A stretch of 62,901 bases of DNA from Candidatus Humimicrobium oleiphilum (GTDB lineage: Bacteria; Actinomycetota; Humimicrobiia; Humimicrobiales; Humimicrobiaceae): NCBI GenBank assembly GCA_002304935.1, contig DBPS01000051.1:25861-88761 (forward strand). Direction: 5' to 3'. The notes under the pieces are model-generated. The model did no database searches. It saw only the letters and a program-made list of their open reading frames with translations, and had not been told where the DNA came from. A program made the position numbers and the translations under genes. Shown one piece after another: positions 9,683 through 19,578 of this stretch. Positions within the stretch are counted from its first letter, which is position 1. Each line of letters begins with the position of its first letter.

Positions 9683-11503
9683 TCAAGTATTTATATTGTT
9701 GTTTTCAGCTAAGGGCAATTTTACACTAAAAGTTGTCCCCTTTTCAAAATTACTTTCAACTGATATGACACCACTATGTTCTTCTATGATTTTTTTAGTT
9801 ATCGGAAGGCCTAATCCTGTGCCATGTATTTTTGTTGTATAGAATGGAGTAAAAATATTGATTATATCTTTATCGTTCTGTATAAAGGCTTCATTGTTAA
9901 TTTTTATTTCAACCCATTTTTTGCTGTTTTCGTCTATTATCCTTGAATCTACTGATATCTTCTGCCTGCTTATGCTTGCTTCGATAGCATTGTTTAACAG
10001 ATTGATGAAAGCCTGTTTCAGGCTATTGTAAGAACCATAAACTATGATGTCTGTATTTTCAATATAGTTCTGCTCTGACACAAGAGTAATTGAAATATTA
10101 TTTATCTCAGCAGATATATGGGCCAGTTTTATACAATCTTTTAATAAAAGACTCAGATTCATGTTTTCATAGACTGCTTTCTTTCCCGAACCATAATAAA
10201 GAATATCATTCAGTATTTTTTCAAGACGATAAATTTCGCTGATTACTGTTTCAATATTGTTTATATCAAATTCATTATTCTGAAAATATTTTCTCTTGAT
10301 TCTGTTAGCATATCCTCCTATGGAAATAAGGGGGTTTTTTATTTCATGTGCAATTGCTGCAGAAAGTTTGCCAAGTTCTGAAAATCTTTTTGCCTCTTCG
10401 AGAGATTTCTCAAGGTTTACTGTTTTTGTTATATCTTCAATTATTCCTATTACACCATCAATGTTTTCTTTTGAATTTTTTAATATGACGAGCGTAAAAT
10501 CAAATACAGACTCGCTGACTTTCCCAAGCATTTTAATACGTATATTCCTGAAAACCCTGATATCTTTATTTTTTAAAACGTTTTCAACTTCTTCAATAAG
10601 ATCGTATTCACCAATCTTTATATCATAACTCCTGATATTTCTGCCGATTATTTCAAATTTCTGCATACCCATCAGGTTTGAAAAATTATTGTTGCATGCA
10701 GTTAGGTAGAAATCCCTGTCAACTACAAAAACATTTAGAGGGATGCTTTCAAGAATATTCTCATTATATTCCTTTAGAAGTTTTATCTGATAATTAACAT
10801 TTGCAAGTTTGTTCAAGCTCTCTTTTAGCTCATCATAAATCATTGTATTCCTGATTGAGGAAGCGGCAAACTGACCCAGCATCATTAAAAAGACACAATC
10901 TTCCCTGGTTATTTCCCGGTTATTGTATTTATTGTCCACAATTATGATGCCTACTTTTTTTGTCCGGCAAATCAGCGGGATCATACAAAACCTTGGATGG
11001 TTAACCAGGTCAAGTATTTCTTTTTCAATTACGGATGCATCTTTTATCATGAAATCTTCATCTGTTATATTGTTCAGGGTAAGGTCCACATTTTTGGGAT
11101 TACCATCATCAAGGCACTGTTCGATTATGAAATCTTTCTTTATGGGAATACTTATATCGAGTATTTTCTGATTAAACGAAGAAGGTTCTCCGTTTCCAAA
11201 CTTTTCAAGCGACAGAAATTCCTCAAGAGAATAATTTTTCTGCAGTATATCTGCCCATACCTTCCAGGCTTCTTCTGCTGTTTCCGTTCCGATTGCAAGT
11301 CTGCCTTTTAAAGTATTTGCTCTTTCATCTATAAGAAAAAGCATTGCCCGGTTGAAGCCAAAACCATTTCCGAATGTAACCCCTCTAAGGGTTATACCAA
11401 GTATTTTGTTTAATTCCCGCGTAGATGCAACAATCTTTGATATGCTGTTCAATATGTTGTACCTTCTCAGAAGGTCCTCATATTTTTTTATTGTTGAATC
11501 CAT
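9683..11503 (-). CDS. Cytoplasmic sensor histidine kinase, GAF-PAS-HisKA-HATPase
   Basis: H-box AIAHEIKNPL, N-box NLLNNAIEA, FTPFYTTK, GTGLGL; N-terminal GAF (FNRAMLFL ... IIIVDN); PAS (ILESIPLNVFVVD); no TM helix seen. Confidence 0.9.
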   Translation of the reverse strand: MDSTIKKYEDLLRRYNILNSISKIVASTRELNKILGITLRGVTFGNGFGFNRAMLFLIDERANTLKGRLAIGTETAEEAWKVWADILQKNYSLEEFLSLEKFGNGEPSSFNQKILDISIPIKKDFIIEQCLDDGNPKNVDLTLNNITDEDFMIKDASVIEKEILDLVNHPRFCMIPLICRTKKVGIIIVDNKYNNREITREDCVFLMMLGQFAASSIRNTMIYDELKESLNKLANVNYQIKLLKEYNENILESIPLNVFVVDRDFYLTACNNNFSNLMGMQKFEIIGRNIRSYDIKIGEYDLIEEVENVLKNKDIRVFRNIRIKMLGKVSESVFDFTLVILKNSKENIDGVIGIIEDITKTVNLEKSLEEAKRFSELGKLSAAIAHEIKNPLISIGGYANRIKRKYFQNNEFDINNIETVISEIYRLEKILNDILYYGSGKKAVYENMNLSLLLKDCIKLAHISAEINNISITLVSEQNYIENTDIIVYGSYNSLKQAFINLLNNAIEASISRQKISVDSRIIDENSKKWVEIKINNEAFIQNDKDIINIFTPFYTTKIHGTGLGLPITKKIIEEHSGVISVESNFEKGTTFSVKLPLAENNNINT

Positions 11504-11565
11504 TGAATCTGTTTTTTTGCTGCTCGTTGTTATTGAAAAATCATTAAAATAAAATTCTGCAGACT

Positions 11566-13032
11566 TTATGGCTGAATCATAGATTTAAAAAGATCATTAT
11601 AAATCCCTGCAGAATAATCCCATGAATAATCACATATCATTGCATTATATATTATTTTATTCCATATCTGGCTATCTTTAAAAAACAATAATGCTTTTTT
11701 AATACATTTATAAAAGCTTTGCCAGTCATAATCATTAAATAAAAATCCCTGGCCGCCTGTTCCGGCATCTTTTTCTGACCGGACGTCAATAATTGTATCA
11801 GCAAGACCTCCCGTTTTTCTTGCGACTGGAATTGTTCCATATTTCAGGCTTATAAGCTGTCCCAGACCGCAGGGCTCATATTTTGAAGGCATAAGAAAGA
11901 TATCTGCCCCTGCATAGATCTCTCTAGCCAGCCTGTCTGAAAAAGTCAGATTTAAACTTATTTTATCATTATAGATCTTTTGGACATTTTTTAAGAGGTT
12001 CATATATTTATCATCGCCAGTCCCGAGTATTATGACATATATCTGTTCTTTTAATATCTCTTCCAGTGTTTTTACCAGGATATCAAAACCTTTTTGTTCA
12101 GATAATCTTGAAACAACTCCCAGAACAGGCCTGTTGTAATCAGGTTCTTTAAAAGTTTTATTAAGTAATTCTTTTTTGCATTGTTCTTTACCTGAAAAAT
12201 TGCCGGGACTATAGTTTTCTGCAATTTCTCTGTCCTTTTCAGGATCCCATAATTCATAATCTATGCCGTTTATTATTCCGGATAGTTTTGCTTTCCGCAC
12301 ATTTAATATTCCTTCAAGCCCGTATCCGAATTCAGGAGTAAGTATTTCTTTTGCATAGGTCGGGCTTACTGTGGTTATCTGATCCGAGTATACTATTCCA
12401 CCTTTCATGCAATTGATTTTTCCATAAAATTCAAGCCCGTCCATATTAAAATATCTTTTATCGATATCGAGAATATCCATTGTCTCTGGCCCGAAAATAC
12501 CCTGATATGCGATATTGTGAATAGTAAAAACTGTTTTTGTATCTTTAAAATAGCTGTTTTCATTTAAAGTTTTTTTAATTAAAAGAAAGAGAGCGCATAA
12601 TCCTACATGGTAATCATGCAAATGAAGAATGTCAGGCCTGAAGTTTATTGTTTCAAGAAGCTCGAATATCGATTTGGAAAAAAAACCGAACCTTAAATTA
12701 TTATCTCCATAATCGCCATAAGAAGTTCCATAAAGGTTTTCCCTGCCGAAATAAAAAGGGTTTCTTATGAGGTAATAATCTACCCCTTTGTTGCTTATTT
12801 TAAAAATATCAAAAAAATCTTCTTTACTTTCGTTAATTTTTACTTTTATATTTTCGGCTATCTTTATAATATTTTTGAAATTCAAAAAAATATCCTCATA
12901 CCCGGGCATTATTACAATCGGTTCATTAGCTATTTTTTTCAATGCATGGGGGAGTGACCCTGCTACGTCTGCAAGCCCGCCTGTCTTTGCAAATGGAACA
13001 GCCTCAGTGGAGCATATGGCAAGTCTTAACAT
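11566..13032 (-). CDS. glgA: Glycogen synthase (GT5); ORF track start 13071, ATG 13032 preferred
   Basis: PFAKTGGLADV, HLHDYH, FTIHNIAYQG, SRLSEQKG, PSKYEPCGLGQ, TGGLADT. Confidence 0.95.
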   Translation of the reverse strand: MLRLAICSTEAVPFAKTGGLADVAGSLPHALKKIANEPIVIMPGYEDIFLNFKNIIKIAENIKVKINESKEDFFDIFKISNKGVDYYLIRNPFYFGRENLYGTSYGDYGDNNLRFGFFSKSIFELLETINFRPDILHLHDYHVGLCALFLLIKKTLNENSYFKDTKTVFTIHNIAYQGIFGPETMDILDIDKRYFNMDGLEFYGKINCMKGGIVYSDQITTVSPTYAKEILTPEFGYGLEGILNVRKAKLSGIINGIDYELWDPEKDREIAENYSPGNFSGKEQCKKELLNKTFKEPDYNRPVLGVVSRLSEQKGFDILVKTLEEILKEQIYVIILGTGDDKYMNLLKNVQKIYNDKISLNLTFSDRLAREIYAGADIFLMPSKYEPCGLGQLISLKYGTIPVARKTGGLADTIIDVRSEKDAGTGGQGFLFNDYDWQSFYKCIKKALLFFKDSQIWNKIIYNAMICDYSWDYSAGIYNDLFKSMIQP

Positions 13033-13178
13033 TTTAAGCTCATTTATATGTTTATTATTTAAAGGAATCAATCTTTTTTAATTAATCCCATTGCATATTT
13101 AATATTTATATTATATTAATAATTAAAATGCAAAGTTATAAATTTAATAACTGACAGTTTATTTGTATTAGTGATTTT

Positions 13179-15101
13179 ATGGGCGAAACAGACTCTTATA
13201 AAAATTTCAACCAGTTTACAGAATATGATATTTACCTTTTCAAGAATGGTAATAATTTTAAAATCTATGAAAAAATGGGCGCGCACCAGAGAAAGATCAG
13301 CGGTGAAGAGGGAATATATTTTGCTGTATGGGCGCCGAATGCCAGTGATGTGTGCATTGCCGGTGATTTTAATGGATGGGATGGAAAAAATTGCAGACTT
13401 ATAAATAGAAGAGATGAATCAGGGATATGGGAAACTTTTATTCCAGGCCTGGAAGAAGGTTCTTTATACAAATACAAGATAAAACCAAGGTTTAAAACCG
13501 AATATATTGAGAAAGCTGACCCATTTTCATTTTTTTGCGAGACACCTCCAAAGACTGCGTCTGTAGTAAAAAATATTGAGTTTGACTGGAAAGATAAAGA
13601 ATGGATGGGAAAAAGAGCCGGATACAATAAACTTGATGCTCCCTTTTCGATTTACGAGATCCATCTTGGCTCCTGGAAAAGAGATAGTAATAACAATTTT
13701 CTTAATTACAGGCAGATTGCACAGGAATTGGTACAATACATAATAGATAATGGTTATACTCACGTAGAACTTCTTCCAATCATGGAACATCCTTTTTATG
13801 GTTCATGGGGCTACCAGGTTACAGGATTTTTTGCACCTACTTCCAGATATGGAAATCCCCAGGATTTTATGTATTTTGTTGATTATCTTCACCAGAACAA
13901 TATAGGAGTCATTCTTGACTGGGTCCCTTCTCATTTTCCTGATGACCCTCACGGACTTTACCTTTTTGATGGAACTCATCTTTATGAGCATGCTGATAAA
14001 AAACTGGGATATCATCCGGACTGGAAAAGCCGGATCTTTAATTACGGGAGATATGAAGTCAAACAATTTTTAATAAACAATGCATTGTTCTGGCTTGACA
14101 AATATCATATTGATGGTTTGAGGATAGATGCAGTGGCCTCTATGTTATATCTGGATTATTCAAGAAAAGAAGGAGAGTGGATACCCAATAAATACGGTGG
14201 CAGGGAAAATCTGGAGGCAATCGAGTTTCTAAAACAGCTAAATACTGAAGTATATAAAAATTTTCCTGACGTACAAACAATTGCCGAAGAATCTACAGCC
14301 TGGCCGAAGGTCACAAAACCGGTGCATGCAGGAGGACTTGGATTTGGAATGAAGTGGAACATGGGATGGATGCATGATACCTTAAATTATTTCTCCAGAG
14401 ACCCTGTTTACAGAAAACATCATCAGAATGAACTGAATTTTACTTTCTGGTATGCTTTTAATGAAAACTTTATCCTGCCTCTTTCTCATGACGAAGTCGT
14501 GTATGGGAAAAAATCACTGTTAGAAAAAATGCCAGGAGACCTGTGGAGAAAATTTGCAAATCTCCGTCTTCTGTTAAGCTATATGTTTGCCTATCCCGGC
14601 AAGAAGCTTATGTTCATGGGCTTGGAATTTGCACAGCCAGGCGAATGGCAGCATGAATCAGTACTACAGTGGCATCTTGCCAGCAGGGAAGGACACAGGG
14701 AAATCAATAAGATATTAAGGGATCTGAACGATATTTATAAAAAAGAAAAAGCTTTTTATATGAATGATTTTGATGGCGCCAGCTTTAAATGGGTTGATTT
14801 TAAAGATTATGAAAACAGCATTATTTCATTTTTAAGGATATATAAAAATGAAATTACAATACTGGCATGTTTTAATTTTACTCCTGTTCCCAGATACGAA
14901 TACAGTATAGGGGTTCCGTCCGGTGGAGTCTGGAAAGAATTTTTTAATAGTGACTCAGAAATATACGGGGGAAGCGGGCACGGAAATTTCGGGAAGCTGG
15001 CTGCACAGGCTTCTCCCTGCCATGGGTACAACAATTCGATATCCGTGACACTTCCGCCTCTTGGGGCATTATTTTTTAAAAAAGAAGAAATAAACAAATG
15101 A
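13179..15101 (+). CDS. glgB: 1,4-alpha-glucan branching enzyme (GH13)
   Basis: FAVWAPNA, YEIHLGSW, SWGYQ, LDWVPSHFP, GLRIDAVASMLY, IAEEST, LSHDEVV. Confidence 0.97.
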   Translation: MGETDSYKNFNQFTEYDIYLFKNGNNFKIYEKMGAHQRKISGEEGIYFAVWAPNASDVCIAGDFNGWDGKNCRLINRRDESGIWETFIPGLEEGSLYKYKIKPRFKTEYIEKADPFSFFCETPPKTASVVKNIEFDWKDKEWMGKRAGYNKLDAPFSIYEIHLGSWKRDSNNNFLNYRQIAQELVQYIIDNGYTHVELLPIMEHPFYGSWGYQVTGFFAPTSRYGNPQDFMYFVDYLHQNNIGVILDWVPSHFPDDPHGLYLFDGTHLYEHADKKLGYHPDWKSRIFNYGRYEVKQFLINNALFWLDKYHIDGLRIDAVASMLYLDYSRKEGEWIPNKYGGRENLEAIEFLKQLNTEVYKNFPDVQTIAEESTAWPKVTKPVHAGGLGFGMKWNMGWMHDTLNYFSRDPVYRKHHQNELNFTFWYAFNENFILPLSHDEVVYGKKSLLEKMPGDLWRKFANLRLLLSYMFAYPGKKLMFMGLEFAQPGEWQHESVLQWHLASREGHREINKILRDLNDIYKKEKAFYMNDFDGASFKWVDFKDYENSIISFLRIYKNEITILACFNFTPVPRYEYSIGVPSGGVWKEFFNSDSEIYGGSGHGNFGKLAAQASPCHGYNNSISVTLPPLGALFFKKEEINK

Positions 15102-15133
15102 TTTATTTTGATATTCAGGAAATGGTATAAATT

Positions 15134-17821
15134 ATGGCAGATAAAAAAACAGCAAAAAGATTTGTATGCATACATGGTCATTTTTATCAGCCATACAGGA
15201 AAAATCCCTGGATTGAAGAGATAGATATACAAAAAGATGCTTATCCTTATAAAGACTGGAATGAAAGAATAAATGCTGAATGTTACAGAGCTAATGCATT
15301 TGCCCGGGTTCTTGGGAATGATAATAAACTGGCAGATATCTATAACAATTATTCAAAAATAAGTTTTAACTTCGGGCCAACTCTTCTTGAATGGATAAAA
15401 ACAAATGATTTAACTACCTATGAAAGAATAATCGAAGGTGATTTTCAAAGCAGAAATATTTTTTCAGGACATGGCACAGCTATTGCACAGAATTACAATC
15501 ATCTTATAATGCCTCTTGCCAGCAGGCAGGATAAGATTTTACAGATTTACTGGGCAATATATGATTTTGAGAAAAATTTTAGCAGAAAGCCTGAAGGAAT
15601 GTGGCTGGCCGAAACTGCGGTTGATTATGAGACACTGGAGATTCTGGCTGACTTCGGTATAAAATATACCATTCTTTCTCCTTATCAGGCTTCCAGATAC
15701 AGACAATCCCTAAAAAATCCGGATAAAGATTTATCAGGAGAAAACCAGTATTCAGATAAATGGATCCTGGCAGAGGAAGGAAGCATAGATACAAGAAGGC
15801 CGTATACCTGTGTCCTGCCCTCAGGCAGAGAAATATCTGTTTTTTTCTACGACAGGGAACTTTCAACTGCTCTTTCATTTGGAGATCTTCTGAAAAACGG
15901 GGAAGGATTTGCCCAAAGCATTATTAATGCACCATATTCTGATAAAGACAGAAAAGAGATAATCATAATAGCTTCAGATGGCGAAGCATATGGCCATCAT
16001 AAAAAATTTGGTGACATGGCCCTTGCTTACTGCATAAAGACAATACAGGAAGATTGTGATGTGGCTTTTACGGTATTTGGAGAATATCTGGAATTATTCC
16101 CTCCGGATTTTGAAGTTGAAATCATTGAAAATACTGCCTGGAGCTGTAGTCATTTTTTATCCAGATGGGAAGGAGGCTGTAGCTGCGGGATGCCTGAAAA
16201 TCAGCCAGAGGGAAAATGGAGCCAGGAATGGCGGGTTCATCTGAGGCAGGCAATAAATAAAGCAAGAGCAGAAATTGATAAAATATATCAATCAAATATA
16301 AAAGAATATATAAAAGAAGAAGCTAAAGATGACTTACAGATACTTAAAGATTATATAATTGTAGCAGATAAAAGGAATCCAGAAAATATAAGAATATTTT
16401 TAAATAAATATTCAAATAAGAATATGAGAAATATAACAGAAAGTGCCGGTATTTTTAATCTTATTAAGAATGATTACGCTGCTGATGAGGGCTTGCTGCT
16501 TGCGTTGCTTGAGATGCAGAGGCAGGCTATGCTCATGCAGTCCAGTGATGCCTGGTTTTTCGATGATATTTCAAGGATAGAAGTAATACAGATATTTACC
16601 CATGTGTTAATGGCAATTAAACTTGGCAGTTTTTTTGATCTGAAAAAAGCCAGAAAAATTGAAGAAATATTTATAGATATATTAAAGTCTGCAAAATGCA
16701 ATATCCCTGAAGGAACAAGCGGCTCCGATATTTATTTAAATGAAGCTTATAAAAAAGAATATTCTACAGAAAAAATCGTTGCTGATTTCATTACAGATTT
16801 TCTGGCAGCACATAATTTGAAAGACAATCCTGATTTATACAATAATGATGCAATATTTGATTTTTATAACCATGAATTTGTTCTGACACAGACATTTGAT
16901 TTTGAAGACGAAATGCTTTCAGGACAGTCAGGTGGTCTTTACATAATATCAAAGACAACTTTAAAAAAAGAATTTTGTCTATTTTTCTTCCTGACAGGCA
17001 AAAATACAGATTTGCAAAAGGGCAAACATAATGAAATTTTAAAAATTTTAATAAGAAAAAAAACAGCAGGCAATAAAAATAATTTTAAATATTCGCCTGA
17101 AACAATCTTTTTTAACGAAATAATAAAATATAATTTCAGAGGCAATAATACTGAAGAAGTTTTTTATAAATTTAAAAGAAAACCAGGATTTAAATATTAT
17201 GATTTAAAGGATATAAGTGAAAGAATAAAGATAAGATTTCTTGAAAGATATTCATTAATAAAGATTAATGAACTTTACAGAGGATTAAGCGGTTACAAGC
17301 TTTACGCTGATAGTATAGAGGAAAACATGAAGAAATGGGTCGGTGCATACTTTATGGACGATAATGATGGCTCTATTTTTAATGCAATAAAAAAAATAAG
17401 AGCCTTAATAATTTTGAACAATCATAATATAAATGAAAAAGCGATTGAAGAATTAGAATATCTTGCTGATGCTGAAGATTCAGCCATTCTATCGGAAAAC
17501 AAAAATACAGGATATACAGACTTCAGTTTCTTAAAAGCAAGTGCAGAAAATTTATTAAAGACGATGATGAACAAGTATATAAATGATATTACTGACTTGG
17601 AAATGCTGAAAATAATAATCAGGCTCCTGAAGATTTATGGAAGATTCAAACTGAATATTGATTTTCCCGGATTGCAGGATATTGTTTTTAAAATTAAAAC
17701 TATTTTTGATAATCTTCTACATAATAAAAAAAAGTATCTGAATGAAGAAATTCATAATGGCGTAATATTTTTATTAGATTTTTTTAATATAGAACATTTA
17801 TCCGACAATGAGGCTTTTTAA
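15134..17821 (+). CDS. GH57-family / DUF3536 glycoside hydrolase with long C-terminal extension
   Basis: CIHGHFYQP-R-NPW, YNHLIMPLA, GMWLAETAVD (nucleophile Glu), ASDGEAYGHH, MQSSDAWFFDD. Confidence 0.85.
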   Translation: MADKKTAKRFVCIHGHFYQPYRKNPWIEEIDIQKDAYPYKDWNERINAECYRANAFARVLGNDNKLADIYNNYSKISFNFGPTLLEWIKTNDLTTYERIIEGDFQSRNIFSGHGTAIAQNYNHLIMPLASRQDKILQIYWAIYDFEKNFSRKPEGMWLAETAVDYETLEILADFGIKYTILSPYQASRYRQSLKNPDKDLSGENQYSDKWILAEEGSIDTRRPYTCVLPSGREISVFFYDRELSTALSFGDLLKNGEGFAQSIINAPYSDKDRKEIIIIASDGEAYGHHKKFGDMALAYCIKTIQEDCDVAFTVFGEYLELFPPDFEVEIIENTAWSCSHFLSRWEGGCSCGMPENQPEGKWSQEWRVHLRQAINKARAEIDKIYQSNIKEYIKEEAKDDLQILKDYIIVADKRNPENIRIFLNKYSNKNMRNITESAGIFNLIKNDYAADEGLLLALLEMQRQAMLMQSSDAWFFDDISRIEVIQIFTHVLMAIKLGSFFDLKKARKIEEIFIDILKSAKCNIPEGTSGSDIYLNEAYKKEYSTEKIVADFITDFLAAHNLKDNPDLYNNDAIFDFYNHEFVLTQTFDFEDEMLSGQSGGLYIISKTTLKKEFCLFFFLTGKNTDLQKGKHNEILKILIRKKTAGNKNNFKYSPETIFFNEIIKYNFRGNNTEEVFYKFKRKPGFKYYDLKDISERIKIRFLERYSLIKINELYRGLSGYKLYADSIEENMKKWVGAYFMDDNDGSIFNAIKKIRALIILNNHNINEKAIEELEYLADAEDSAILSENKNTGYTDFSFLKASAENLLKTMMNKYINDITDLEMLKIIIRLLKIYGRFKLNIDFPGLQDIVFKIKTIFDNLLHNKKKYLNEEIHNGVIFLLDFFNIEHLSDNEAF

Positions 17822-19343
17822 TAAAAAAAGCGGGATTTTGCTTCATATAACGTCTCTTCCGTCAGAATATGGTATCGGCGACCTGGGACCTGCTGCATAT
17901 AAATTTGCAAAACTGATAAAAGATTGTGGTCAGAGCTTATGGCAGATTCTTCCTACTGCCCCTACCAGCAGATTCAAGCAATATTCTCCTTATGCTTCTA
18001 TTTCTGCCTTTGCCGGCAATACAATGCTAATAAGTCCTTTTTTTTTATACGAAGAAGGATTTTTAAAAAGAAATGAGTTTTTATCATATACGGAAAAATT
18101 TAATAATAAAAGCGGCAGAAGCTATGTTGATTTTGCATACGTAATAAGAAATAAAAAAAATCTTTTAAATAAAGTGTTTTCTAATTTTTATACTGATTAT
18201 CACAGGAATTTTCCTGATTTCCAGGAATTTTGTTTAAGGCATAATGATAACTGGCTTGATTCATTTTCTTTTTTTAATGTCCTTAAAAATAAATATAAGA
18301 ATATTTCCTGGAGTGCATGGCCTGAGGAATTAAAAGAAGGAATAACAGGAAAAGATTTTTACGATAATGAAATAAAGATGGAGATTTTTAGAGAAAAATT
18401 TTTTCAGTTTGTTTTTTTCAGACAATGGTTCAGGTTAAAGAATTATTGCAATAGCATAGGTGTGAGAATTATAGGTGATATACCTATTTATATGGATTAT
18501 GAAAGCAGTGATGTGTGGTCTAATCAGAATATTTTTAAACTTGATAAAAATAAAAGACCGGAATTTGTTTCAGGAGTACCGCCGGATTACTACAGTTCTA
18601 CCGGACAGCTCTGGAACAATCCTGTCTATAACTGGAAAAATTTAAAAAAACAAAACTACAAGTGGTGGTTAAAGAGAATAATGCACAACCTGGAGCTTTT
18701 CGATTTCATTAGGCTGGATCATTTCAGGGGTTTTATCGAATACTGGGAAGTAGGAGCTAATGAGAAAACTGCAAAAAACGGAAATTGGCAAAAAGCAGAA
18801 CCGCAGGAATTTTTCAATGTTTTAAGAAAAGAGATTTATAAAAAATTTAATGATATTCCTCTTATTGCTGAAGACCTTGGTTTTATTACGCCTGATGTGA
18901 TAAAAGTAATTGAAAAGAACAAGTTTCCAGGCATAAGAGTCATTTTATTTGCTTTTGGAAAAGATTTTCCAAATAATATACATTTGCCTGAAAACTATAA
19001 TGATAGATGCGTGGCATATACCGGGACTCATGACAATAACACAGTTTACGGATTTCTTCTCAAAGAAGCAGGCAAGCTTGAAAAGGAAAACATAACAAGA
19101 TATCTCGGATTAAAATCAGGATTAAGCAAAATAAGCATGGAATTTATGAAGAGGATATCAGCATCCAGAGCAGATCTAACAATTTTTCCCGTTCAGGATA
19201 TACTGAATCTTGATTATAGGGCAAGAATGAATAAACCTTCCACCAAAAGAAATAACTGGAAGTGGAAGATGAATTTTTCAGATATGAGCAATAAAAGATT
19301 TGAGGAGCTCGGTCAAATAACTGAAAAAAATAAAAGAAATTAA
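17808..19343 (+). CDS. malQ: 4-alpha-glucanotransferase (amylomaltase, GH77)
   Basis: SGILLHITSLP, WQILP, GDIPIY, GVPPDYYS-TGQLWNNP, RLDHFRGF, IAEDLG, YTGTHDN. Confidence 0.95.
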   Translation: MRLFNKKSGILLHITSLPSEYGIGDLGPAAYKFAKLIKDCGQSLWQILPTAPTSRFKQYSPYASISAFAGNTMLISPFFLYEEGFLKRNEFLSYTEKFNNKSGRSYVDFAYVIRNKKNLLNKVFSNFYTDYHRNFPDFQEFCLRHNDNWLDSFSFFNVLKNKYKNISWSAWPEELKEGITGKDFYDNEIKMEIFREKFFQFVFFRQWFRLKNYCNSIGVRIIGDIPIYMDYESSDVWSNQNIFKLDKNKRPEFVSGVPPDYYSSTGQLWNNPVYNWKNLKKQNYKWWLKRIMHNLELFDFIRLDHFRGFIEYWEVGANEKTAKNGNWQKAEPQEFFNVLRKEIYKKFNDIPLIAEDLGFITPDVIKVIEKNKFPGIRVILFAFGKDFPNNIHLPENYNDRCVAYTGTHDNNTVYGFLLKEAGKLEKENITRYLGLKSGLSKISMEFMKRISASRADLTIFPVQDILNLDYRARMNKPSTKRNNWKWKMNFSDMSNKRFEELGQITEKNKRN

Positions 19344-19578
19344 AAAAAGTTTTATGATTTTAAAAATTTTTATAAAATACATTTATTGGCTCTTAAAAAA
19401 AGTAAAATGTCTTTTCTGTAAAAATGTAACCGGGGAAAAGATTTTTTTTCAAATATTAAAAATAAATATTATTTTTGATTTAAATCTGGTTTTAATGTTT
19501 ACTAAGTAATAATTATTATTTTATAATAAGCCAATAAGTACGAAATTTTAATAATTTTTTTATTTTGGTGAATTTAAA

